This document shows positions 21,311-29,655 of a DNA stretch of 32,000 nucleotides, in pieces. The number at the start of each line of letters is the position of its first letter. Within the stretch, counting starts at the first letter, position 1. The notes under the pieces are model-generated. The model was not told the origin of the DNA. It searched no databases and saw nothing but the letters and a program-made list of their open reading frames with translations. The stretch is taken from NCBI RefSeq assembly GCF_000014265.1, contig NC_008312.1:1110001-1142000 (forward strand), read 5' to 3'. A program made the position numbers and the translations under genes. The DNA comes from Trichodesmium erythraeum IMS101 (lineage in GTDB: Bacteria > Cyanobacteriota > Cyanobacteriia > Cyanobacteriales > Microcoleaceae).

Positions 21311-22216
21311 ATGCTTACTCTCGCAGAAATCTACGAAATTTATGACAAATATAAAGATGACTACAATACCCAAATAGAAGAGTTCAGTATTGGGAATAAA
21401 AAATTTAATTTTAATTCTCAAACATCTATTTTAGGAATCATTAATCTTTCTCAAGATTCTTGGTATAAGCAAACTATTTCTTACACTCCAGAACAAGCAA
21501 TTCGCCGTGGAAAAGTATTAACACTTCAAGGTGCGGATATTATAGATATTGGCACTGAGTCTACTGTGAAAACTGCAGCTAGGGTAGACGAGTTGAAACA
21601 AACAAGTCAACTTTTGCCTATTCTGAAAACTTTCAGTCAAGAAGGTGTGTTAACTTCAGTGGAAACTTATTATCCAGAAGTTGCCAGAGAATGCTTAAAA
21701 GCAGGTGCAAATGTCATCAACTTTCTGGGAACTGAGCATAGTGAAGAAATGTATCAAGCTGTAGCTGACTTTGATGCAGCAATTATTATTTGTTATGTAG
21801 AAGGAAAACACGCTAGAGATGTAGGGGAATTTGACTTTACTTCAGGTAGAGATATGATAGATGTACTATACAATTATTTTGAAAAAGAGATAGAAATAGC
21901 AACGAAAATAGGAGTGAAAAAGATTTTTATTGATCCAGCAGTAGGTGTAGGATACACAAATTTTTACTACCAACACAAAAATGTATCAAATAGAATGAGA
22001 TATCAAATTGAAACTCTTTTAAATGCTTTTCGGCTTAGAAAATTAGGCTTTCCTGTTTTTAATCAAATACCTACAGCTTTAGAAATTTTTGGAGAAGAGT
22101 TTAGAAGTGCTCAAGTGTTCACGGCAGTGTTTGCAGCACTAGGAAAAAATGATATGATTAGAACTCATGAAGTTGCTAAAGTTAAAGCTCTTTTAGAAAC
22201 TCTGAGTTGCTTGTGA
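21311..22216 (+). CDS. dihydropteroate synthase-like pterin-binding domain protein, copy 1 (divergent active site)
   Basis: 301-aa ORF with ILGIINLSQDSWY, GADIIDIGTEST, LTSVETYY, GANVINF, IFIDPAVG and IRTHEV. These align to the DHPS motifs ImGIlNvTpDSF, GAdiiDiGgeSTRPG, SiDT, iND, DPGiGF and RvHDV, with substitutions. Confidence 0.75.
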   Translation: MLTLAEIYEIYDKYKDDYNTQIEEFSIGNKKFNFNSQTSILGIINLSQDSWYKQTISYTPEQAIRRGKVLTLQGADIIDIGTESTVKTAARVDELKQTSQLLPILKTFSQEGVLTSVETYYPEVARECLKAGANVINFLGTEHSEEMYQAVADFDAAIIICYVEGKHARDVGEFDFTSGRDMIDVLYNYFEKEIEIATKIGVKKIFIDPAVGVGYTNFYYQHKNVSNRMRYQIETLLNAFRLRKLGFPVFNQIPTALEIFGEEFRSAQVFTAVFAALGKNDMIRTHEVAKVKALLETLSCL

Positions 22217-22246
22217 TAGTTTAGATAGAACTTAATATTCAAGACA

Positions 22247-22966
22247 ATGCTAAAAAAAGCACTTGTGACAGGTTCAGGAGTGGGAATAGGTAGGGCGATC
22301 GCTCTTGACTTAGCTGAGAAAGGATTTGATGTAGCATTTCACTATAACCGGAATGCCGAGGCAGCTAACCAAGCAAGTCAAGAAGCAGCTACCTACGGAG
22401 TCAAATCTATTGCTCTACAAGCAGATGTGACTAGGCCAGAGTCAGCTCAATGTTTAGTAGAAAATGCAGCAGAAAAACTTGGAGGTTTATCAGTAGTAGT
22501 CAATAATGTGGGCAACTTTTTAGGAAGACCTACTAGCAAAATATCCATAGCAGAGTGGCAGGAAGTTATTGACTCTAACCTCAATTCCAATTTCTATGTT
22601 ACTACAGCAGCACTCCCCCATCTGAAAGCAGCTAATGGGGCACGAATAGTTAATTTTGCTTGCGCTCATGCTCAAAATGTGGTAGCACGAAAGACAAATA
22701 CGGCTTATGTAATTGCCAAAACAGGGATTATCATCTATAGTAAGTCTCTGGCTCAAGAGCTGATTAAAGACAAAATTACTGTTAATGTAGTATCTCCTGG
22801 AATAGCTGAGAATTCTTTTGACCTAGAAGAAATGATTCCTAAGTTACCTGCTAAACGTCCAGCAACTTTGCGAGAAATTAATCATGCAGTTTGGTTTTTT
22901 ATTAATCCTAATTCTGATTATATTACAGGACAAATTATAGAAGTATCTGGTGGTTGGAATTTATAG
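22247..22966 (+). CDS. SDR-family NAD(P)-dependent oxidoreductase, copy 2
   Basis: 239-aa ORF, collinear with copy 1. By my manual alignment it has 181 of 239 identical residues (~76%): 83 of 95 in the N-terminal part and about 68% in the remainder. Confidence 0.88.
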   Translation: MLKKALVTGSGVGIGRAIALDLAEKGFDVAFHYNRNAEAANQASQEAATYGVKSIALQADVTRPESAQCLVENAAEKLGGLSVVVNNVGNFLGRPTSKISIAEWQEVIDSNLNSNFYVTTAALPHLKAANGARIVNFACAHAQNVVARKTNTAYVIAKTGIIIYSKSLAQELIKDKITVNVVSPGIAENSFDLEEMIPKLPAKRPATLREINHAVWFFINPNSDYITGQIIEVSGGWNL

Positions 22967-23345
22967 ACAGGAAATAGGGAATATCAAAGGCAAAAGATAG
23001 AAGCTAGAAGGGAAGAAAAAGCACTTATGGGAGAAGTTTTTTTTATGATTGATGATCCGGATATGATATGACATATATCTGGCAATTTTTGGGAATTTTA
23101 GATTCAAAAAAATAGCTGTAATCAAATGGATAGTAGGAAAAAATTTAACTTATTTAGGTTAGTCAGCCTCTGACTAATAAATAAGGTCTTAAGCACTTTT
23201 ATTTAAGGGAGATAAGAAAGAAAATTTCTGGTTTTTTTGCCTCCGGATGAAACTATAGGTACTGCTTCCCTACGGCACATGAAAAACGTACTTCCTCCCC
23301 CACCAAAGCTAATTAATAACTAATAACTGATAACGGATAAATGAT

Positions 23346-24239
23346 ATGCTGAATCTTGAAGATTTATATACAATCCATGAACAAAACCAAGATTCTATAA
23401 AAGCCAAAGTAGAAGAATTTTCTATTGGTAATAAGCAGTTTAACTTTAATACTGAGAAAGCTATTTTAGGAGTAATAAATCTTTCTAATGATTCTTGGTA
23501 TAGAGAAAGTGTCTGTTTGAGTGCAGAAACAGCCATTCGTAGAGGAATAGTTTTGAAGTCTCAAGGTGCAGATGTAGTAGATATTGGAGCAGAATCAACT
23601 TTAGAAAAGGCGGAAAGAGTAGAAGATATTAGGCAAAAAAGTCAAATTTTGCCAGTTCTGAAAGCCCTTCATCAAGAAGGTGTTTTAACTTCTATAGAAA
23701 CATATTATCCAGAAGTTGCCACGGAATGTTTAAAAGCAGGAGCTAATATAATTAATTTAACTGGACCCGAAAAAAGTGCAGAAATTTATCAGACTGTATC
23801 TGAATTTAATGCGGGGGTAATTATCTGTTATGTTCAGGGAAAAAATGTTAGAGAAGTAGGTGATTTTGATTTTGGAGATGACCCCACAAATTTAATGTAT
23901 GAATATTTTGCTCAAGAAATAGAAACGGCAACTAAGTATGGTGTGAGAAAAATATTTATTGACCCTGGTTTAGGATTTTATTATAAAAATCTTCAGGATA
24001 GTTCTTTACGAATTGGTTATCAGATGAAAACTTTTTTAAATACTTTTAGATTGAGGAAATTAGGTTTTCCAGTATGTCATGCACTTCCCCATGCTTTTGA
24101 ATGTTTTGGAGAAGAAGTTAGAAGTGCTGAACCTTTTTTTTGTGTCTTGGCTGCACTGGGAAAAACTGACTTATTTAGAACTCATGAAGTTCCTAAAATT
24201 AGAGCTGTTTTAGATACTTTGGGATTATTTCAAAAATAA
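23346..24239 (+). CDS. dihydropteroate synthase-like pterin-binding domain protein, copy 2
   Basis: 297-aa ORF, collinear with 21311..22216 and roughly 55-60% identical by eye. It carries the same variant motifs: ILGVINLSNDSWY, GADVVDIGAEST, SIETYY, IFIDPGLG and FRTHEV. Confidence 0.75.
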   Translation: MLNLEDLYTIHEQNQDSIKAKVEEFSIGNKQFNFNTEKAILGVINLSNDSWYRESVCLSAETAIRRGIVLKSQGADVVDIGAESTLEKAERVEDIRQKSQILPVLKALHQEGVLTSIETYYPEVATECLKAGANIINLTGPEKSAEIYQTVSEFNAGVIICYVQGKNVREVGDFDFGDDPTNLMYEYFAQEIETATKYGVRKIFIDPGLGFYYKNLQDSSLRIGYQMKTFLNTFRLRKLGFPVCHALPHAFECFGEEVRSAEPFFCVLAALGKTDLFRTHEVPKIRAVLDTLGLFQK

Positions 24240-24809
24240 GGAAGTAGGGGGAATTTCTAGTGGTGTACTAACATCCCCAAAACAAAAATGTAGGCCTTTG
24301 TAGAATAAAGTGAATCCTAACAAACCTGTTCTCCTCTTTTGGTTAGATTTCGTCCCTCAGCCTAACTAACCTCTATTGCAGCAATTTTAGTTGTGTTAGT
24401 CTAGTAGAGTGCCTTAGACGGTTTAATTTAGGCTGTCAAAGGTATTTATAAATATGTTGTAATGCACTATTTTAGTGGTATTATTCTAGTTGTTTATGCC
24501 CTGATGGAACTTATCACCAATTTCCTCAAGTTAAGAACATATAACTTGATATCTTATCTTTCAAGCTTGATAGACTACTTTTGGAAGTTAAGTTTTAAGT
24601 TGATGAAATTGGTATTATACAAAATAGTAGTAGAAAATAGGGTTAAAGTTAGTAGCAAGGAAGAAGGAATAAAAAACTTAAATTTGAGTAGAGAGTTCCC
24701 AAAAGTTGAGGTATGTAATAATAGATATGCTTCAATTTTATTTCTTCCTGATAGTCTTCTTAATTCGTTACCTTTTAGTTTTACTTATAACTGATAGCTG
24801 AGGTGTTAA

Positions 24810-25254
24810 ATGAAAAAAAAAAGATGAAAAAGATCAAACTATAAAAAATGAATCTGACTCAGAAACTTGGGTAATAGGTAAAGAGTTTAGGTTTGAAGCT
24901 TCTCATCAACTACCTAATCATGATGGGAAATGTGCAAGATTACATGGTCATTCTTGGCGTGGTGTTATTTATGTTTCTGGTAATAAGTTGATAACTTCTG
25001 GAGCTAAAAAAGGTATGATTATGGATTATGGAGATATTAAAAAATATCTCCAACCACTACTGGATAATTATTTAGACCATTACCATTTAAACGAAACTAC
25101 AGGTTTAGCTAACCCAAGCAGCGAAGCCATAGCTAAATGGATTTACGAACAATTAGAAAATAAAATTCCTGGGCTTGTAGCAGTTAGAATTGATGAAACT
25201 TGTACCAGTCAATGTATTTATTCAAAAGGTAAAATTAATTTTTTGATTTCTTAG
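24810..25254 (+). pseudogene. 6-pyruvoyl-tetrahydropterin synthase / 6-carboxytetrahydropterin synthase (PTPS/QueD family) with its start codon out of frame
   Basis: The frame from 24814 reads KKKDEKDQTIKNESDSETWVIGKEFRFEASHQLPNHDGKCARLHGHSWRGVIYV...DETCTS, which contains the Cx3HGH motif. The only upstream ATG (24810) is separated from it by an A10 tract (24813-24822) and is off by one nucleotide. The track TTG start at 24988 would delete the catalytic motif. Confidence 0.75.
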
Positions 25255-25427
25255 AATAAAGAGTCAGTAATTAGTAGCTAGGATAAAAAAAATACTATAT
25301 TTTTTTGTTTATTAAATAGTCATCATAAATTGGATTCAAACTTTTTATAAGAGTTAATTTGAACCGAACTTTTTTAAAGTTATTGCTCCTGATTTTTAAC
25401 TTGTGAATTATTTCTTTCTGTAAGCAT

Positions 25428-25448
25428 TCAGCTATCAGCTATCAGCTA
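25428..25448. repeat. heptanucleotide tandem repeat (tcagcta, 3 copies), STRR-like
   Basis: Three exact copies, read directly from the sequence. Confidence 0.85.
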
Positions 25449-25740
25449 GTGTCTAGTGACAAAAGTTAGTAATATTATTTTTAGACAGCGCTTTTCAAAT
25501 TGATGAACTACATCGCCATAACCAAAACCTTGTAGAGAAATTGCATATAGGTAGGTTGCATAAGGGCGTCCCTATAGTGGTCTACTGTGGAGAAAAACTA
25601 CCGTAATTTATACAATTAGACACTAGAAGGAAAAATTAGTCTCCAAAAAGAATTAAAAGTCTGACACGAAAAAGATAATCAGCTTTAAGTAAGTATTTTA
25701 TTACTTTCATTGGTTTCTTGTCTTAGCAAATGATCAGAGT

Positions 25741-26359
25741 TATAATGAATCTAATGCCACATACCAAGGGCGAGAAGTTAACCATCAAAGTGCTAAAGGA
25801 GCTGCCTATATCGAACGTTTTAATATTTTTTTAAAGCGCAAAGGTTTACCCTTCAGTTATGTTAGTATTTGCGAATTAGTTTATTATATAGGTGTAGTTC
25901 ATCAGCTATTTTTGTGAAATAAAAATATCCTGAATGACCTTACTTGTTGTAATGAAGCACAGTGGTCTGAAGAAGATGTGCGATGGTGTTGTCAATGCGC
26001 AAAATGTGCTTTTTCTTATGCTTTAATTGAAGCCGTAACAGATTATCATTTTGCCTCCCAGGTAGTAGGAAAAGACTTATTTAGCTTAAAAAAAAATTGA
26101 GGATATTTGGAAACGTTTATTTGACCCAAATTATGAGAAACCATTTGAGTGTGTTGGTGAAAAACGTGAGACTTTGATGGCTTTAGTTAAATGCCGAAAA
26201 CAACGTCTCAAAAATGGCGAATCTTTGGGTATTCTGGCCGAGATACCTGAAGTCGAATTTGATAAATCTCTACTAAAAATATCTACTCCTCAAAATATTC
26301 CAATTCAACATCAAGAAAAACTTAATTTGGTTTTGACTGAATCAGGTAAATATTCTTAA
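25741..26359 (+). pseudogene. C-terminal remnant of a Cys-rich protein of unrecognised family
   Basis: Own translation gives YNESNATYQGREVNHQSAKGAAYIERF...HQLFL*NKNILNDLTCCNEAQWSEEDVRWCCQCAKCAFSYALIEAV...SLKK, with TGA at 25915-25917. The frame then changes inside an A9 tract (26088-26096) and continues IEDIWKRLFDPNYEKPFECVGEKRETLMALVKCRK... to the stop at 26359. No N-terminal half is present. Confidence 0.55.
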
Positions 26360-26645
26360 TCATTTAGGGATTTTTAAACAAAAATAACTTATACACTCAA
26401 ACAAGAAACTGGGTTTATTATCTTGATTTTTCAAGTCACAAAATTTTGCATTATAACCATACTTCTAGGTAACTCCTAATCAAAAAATATTCGATTACTG
26501 TGAATTTAAAGAGTAGGAAATAGAGACAGGAAAACAAAAAAGTATATTCCCAAAATTAAATCAAGCATATTCCAGATTACAGGGTAAATATTTTTTGTTT
26601 ACTCCCTATTCTACTACCTTATTAATTAGGGCTGGCTGATTAAAT

Positions 26646-26739
26646 CAGGACTTACGGACCAAGCGCTATATCTAGTAGGGTTTAACAGCCGTTAACTTCT
26701 ACAGATCATGTATATTTTCATCTGCGTGAATAAGTCCTG
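26646..26739. repeat. small hairpin-ended dispersed repeat (MITE-like), copy D
   Basis: caggacttacgg at 26646-26657 and taagtcctg at 26731-26739 are inverted termini 94 bp apart. Confidence 0.6.
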
Positions 26740-27029
26740 TAAATATTAAAATATTAACTGATATTAGTTACTGTTTTTTAGGGTCGAAAAAAGTACCCGG
26801 CTTTCAGTGAAAAATCCTTATACATTTTAGAGTTTTGGGCTGACCATAGCAGAAAAATCAAGGGACAAATATATTCGACTACCTACTCACTATTATGTAT
26901 TGATGCTGCATAAAAATTCCATACCTACTCCCCTATTTTTCCTCCTGGGAGGGGTTAGGGGTAGGTTGGTTATAGTTAGGGGTGAATACCTTTTTTCAAT
27001 ACTCCTTAAAAATGTTTTTTCAGCAAACC

Positions 27030-28022
27030 CTATATACTTTTTTGGCAGAGATAAACTCCTTCTTCTTGATTAGCAGATTCCCAATAATTCAACATATTTA
27101 TCCCATAACTACTGAGGATTTCTTGGAGTTTTGCAGTAGTATAACGGTAGGAAAAAAATAACCCAATTTTATCTCCGCTTTTCCATTCTATCAATTGATT
27201 ATCCAATTTAAAAGTCACATCATTATTTAATTCAAAATCAGCATTAACTCTTTTTAAATCAGGTTTTTCCTCATCATCTTTAATCCTAAATTTAATGCTC
27301 CCATTTTCCCGGTTAACTCCCACATCTTCCAATACAGTAGTTAGCCAATCTTTAGTCAAGTTATTATTATATTGCGCCATTATTTTTTCAATACCTTGAA
27401 CATAGTCAGAACCAGGTGCTAAATTTGCACTTAATAGCAATAAATCTCCCTCAACCAAAAAATTGTTTAAAATTGGGAAAATTTCCTGGGGATGAAAATT
27501 AGGAATCATGCCAAAAAATGTAATAATTCTCCTTTCCTGCTCACTTCTTTTCTGAATCTGAAGCATTAAATTATCACTATGAAGTAAATCACAAACAATT
27601 GGTTGTACAGATAATTCAGGAAAAGAACTCCTAGCTTTTTGAGCAGAAATTATTGCTAGAGATAAACTAACATCTAGAGGATAATAAGTTAATTCTCGTC
27701 GTTTATTAGATAAGTAGGACAATAACAAACTATCTTTAGTTCCACCACCAGAACCTAATCCAATTAACTGTAAACTGGAAAATTTATCTAGAGTTTCTGC
27801 TGTTTTTTGGAAACATTTTTTATAAGTATCAACACAATTTCTATCATTTTGAGAAGGGGAATATTCTTGATGAATTTTTAACCATTTTTGACTTTGCTTA
27901 ACACTATCATAATGAAACTTATGATTAATTTTTTTCCCCGAGAAACTAACTAAATAATCTTGATAAACTTGGTCCGGAAATTGACTTGGATGTACAAATA
28001 CTTGTTCAAATGTTGCTGACAT
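27030..28022 (-). CDS. EgtD-like SAM-dependent methyltransferase (histidine N-alpha-methyltransferase family, divergent)
   Basis: 330-aa ORF. LIGLGSGGGTKDSLLLSYL, YYPLDVSLSLAI, FFGMIPNFHPQEIFPILNNFL and GDLLLLSANL parallel the EgtD motifs ELGSGSSxKT, YvPiDiS, FpGSsIGNF and GDxLLlGxDL. Confidence 0.6.
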   Translation of the reverse strand: MSATFEQVFVHPSQFPDQVYQDYLVSFSGKKINHKFHYDSVKQSQKWLKIHQEYSPSQNDRNCVDTYKKCFQKTAETLDKFSSLQLIGLGSGGGTKDSLLLSYLSNKRRELTYYPLDVSLSLAIISAQKARSSFPELSVQPIVCDLLHSDNLMLQIQKRSEQERRIITFFGMIPNFHPQEIFPILNNFLVEGDLLLLSANLAPGSDYVQGIEKIMAQYNNNLTKDWLTTVLEDVGVNRENGSIKFRIKDDEEKPDLKRVNADFELNNDVTFKLDNQLIEWKSGDKIGLFFSYRYTTAKLQEILSSYGINMLNYWESANQEEGVYLCQKSI

Positions 28023-28144
28023 AATAATTAAAGATTATTTGATTTAGGATAAGCAAATATTGGATATGATAATAAATTTATAAGTGGAACTCAAGGAATT
28101 CAAAATCAATATTAATGACAAATAATTCCTTGATTTTAATTGTT

Positions 28145-29647
28145 TTATCTTGAACGTTTAATTCCACCCTTGCGTTTAACTTCAAAACCATATCGATAAA
28201 TATCGGGGATATTAATTCTCCGATCTAAGCGAATTTCAACAATACCTAATTGTTCTAAGTATTGTAAAATTTCTTGGGGCTTTAATGAAGGTGGTTCTTG
28301 GTTCCATTTTGTGTTTTCTAGTAAGTTGAGAAATTTTTCTTCTTCAGTTAGAAGTGTTAAATCTTTAAGTTCTTTTCTTAAAGCTTCTAACCAGGGATAT
28401 TCTTCCTCTGTAAGTTCTTTGATTCGATCTTGAGAGGTATCCATTAAAGCTCCTTGTAAATCAGAAGGTTCTAATAAGCGATTTTCGGGCAATTCTTTTT
28501 CGTCAAATTTTTCTAATCTACGCTCTGCAGCCAAGGAGAATAACCTTAAAAAAGAACGAGGAGAAATGCTACGTTTTGCATCTTGAAGGTGATTAGAAAT
28601 CCAGTTATAAGTGTAGCCTTTGCGAGGATTTTCTCCCATAAATACCCCAACTATTTTTTCCATTAATAATTCAAAACGAGATTCATCTGATGTAGGTAAT
28701 ATACCTAGGATGTTATCTCTTTTTAAAGTTGAAGGAATTAAATCAGGAACTATTTTTAAATAATCATTCATTTCTTCTCCAGAGTTAGCTAAACGCTTTA
28801 CCAATAACTGATATAACAATGGAGTTTTCCACTCTAAAGTAATTTGATGTCCCCTGAGTTTAGAAGCATCTGGAAATCCTAAAAAATCGTGTTGAAATAA
28901 GTCTGTGCGTAGAAATATTTTGGGTCTAATTCGTTCCCAACGACGCCATCTATCTAGCCAAAATGCTAATAGTTCGGCGATGGGAGCCCGCAGTTTTAAA
29001 TAAGAAGGAACAATTCGATCTAGTTCATCATAAGTGATAAATAACCAGCGATCGTCTGCCAATAATTCTTCATCTAATTTATCTAAAGCATAGTTGATAC
29101 TTTCAAAGTTCTGGCGAGCATCTGGAAACCAGCCGGAAAGTAATGATAATTTGTTAGTTAAACAACCACGAATGTCCTCTGGTATTTCCTGAGCCCAATT
29201 GTGATTTGATAATTCTTTTTCTTGTTGAAATATTACTCCTAATACCAATCCGATCCAAAAAATACGCCAATCACTTCTATCCTTGTCTTTCATGTAGTTT
29301 TCTGTTACATCTGGTGTAGGAAATTTTTTTTCCCTAGTCTTAGTACGACCATATCCAGCAATCCAAATTGTTTTTTCTAAAGGGGGTAAGCGTTTAATTG
29401 TTAAGTTTTTTACTAAGGCTTTGCGACCATTAGGACTTCCTAGTAAACGAAAAAATTCTGTTTTACCAACACCTCTGCCACCTAATATTAAAAATGTATC
29501 AGTGTCCAATGTCTTACGGTAGCGATCTACAGGTAAAAAGTTTTTTAGAAATAAATTTTCATTATCACTTTCATGTTCAGCTATACCTTTTCCTGGTGTA
29601 ACATTAGCCATAATTTCTAATAGCTTTTTTTTATCAAAGTTAGTCAT
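28145..29647 (-). CDS. P-loop NTPase (Walker A/B ATPase) with a basic, possibly winged-helix C-terminal tail
   Basis: 500-aa ORF with Walker A LILGGRGVGKTEFF and Walker B-like WLFITYDELDRI. The C-terminus is ILQYLEQLGIVEIRLDRRINIPDIYRYGFEVKRKGG. Its start lies 8 nt after the upstream gene's stop, and the spacer contains AGGA. Confidence 0.8.
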   Translation of the reverse strand: MTNFDKKKLLEIMANVTPGKGIAEHESDNENLFLKNFLPVDRYRKTLDTDTFLILGGRGVGKTEFFRLLGSPNGRKALVKNLTIKRLPPLEKTIWIAGYGRTKTREKKFPTPDVTENYMKDKDRSDWRIFWIGLVLGVIFQQEKELSNHNWAQEIPEDIRGCLTNKLSLLSGWFPDARQNFESINYALDKLDEELLADDRWLFITYDELDRIVPSYLKLRAPIAELLAFWLDRWRRWERIRPKIFLRTDLFQHDFLGFPDASKLRGHQITLEWKTPLLYQLLVKRLANSGEEMNDYLKIVPDLIPSTLKRDNILGILPTSDESRFELLMEKIVGVFMGENPRKGYTYNWISNHLQDAKRSISPRSFLRLFSLAAERRLEKFDEKELPENRLLEPSDLQGALMDTSQDRIKELTEEEYPWLEALRKELKDLTLLTEEEKFLNLLENTKWNQEPPSLKPQEILQYLEQLGIVEIRLDRRINIPDIYRYGFEVKRKGGIKRSR

Positions 29648-29655
29648 TTTCCTAC

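Noticed and set aside
20508-22966. The two SDR genes as fabG (3-oxoacyl-ACP reductase).
   Set aside because: Generic SDR motifs alone do not identify FabG. There are no fatty-acid synthesis neighbours, and both copies are paired with pterin-binding proteins. I left them as generic SDRs with a pteridine-reductase hypothesis.
24462-24794. ORFs in AT-rich intergenic DNA: 1755..1955, 10752..11009, 14033..14224, 15051..15263, 15175..15372 and 24462..24794.
   Set aside because: They are low-complexity, Leu/Ile/Phe/Lys/Asn-rich translations of AT-rich sequence. Several have TTG starts, none has an RBS, and I recognise no motifs. They are most likely chance ORFs. Small proteins cannot be fully excluded.
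24988-25254. The track ORF (TTG start, 88 aa) as the real PTPS/QueD gene.
   Set aside because: It would remove the catalytic CxxxHGH and EASHQLP motifs, which are encoded in the same frame upstream (24880-24960). The gene clearly extends to about 24814.
25428-25448. Heptamer tandem repeats and MITE-like hairpins as a CRISPR array.
   Set aside because: The units are 7 bp with no spacers, or single hairpin elements scattered kilobases apart. There is no 25-40 bp repeat/spacer periodicity and no cas genes.
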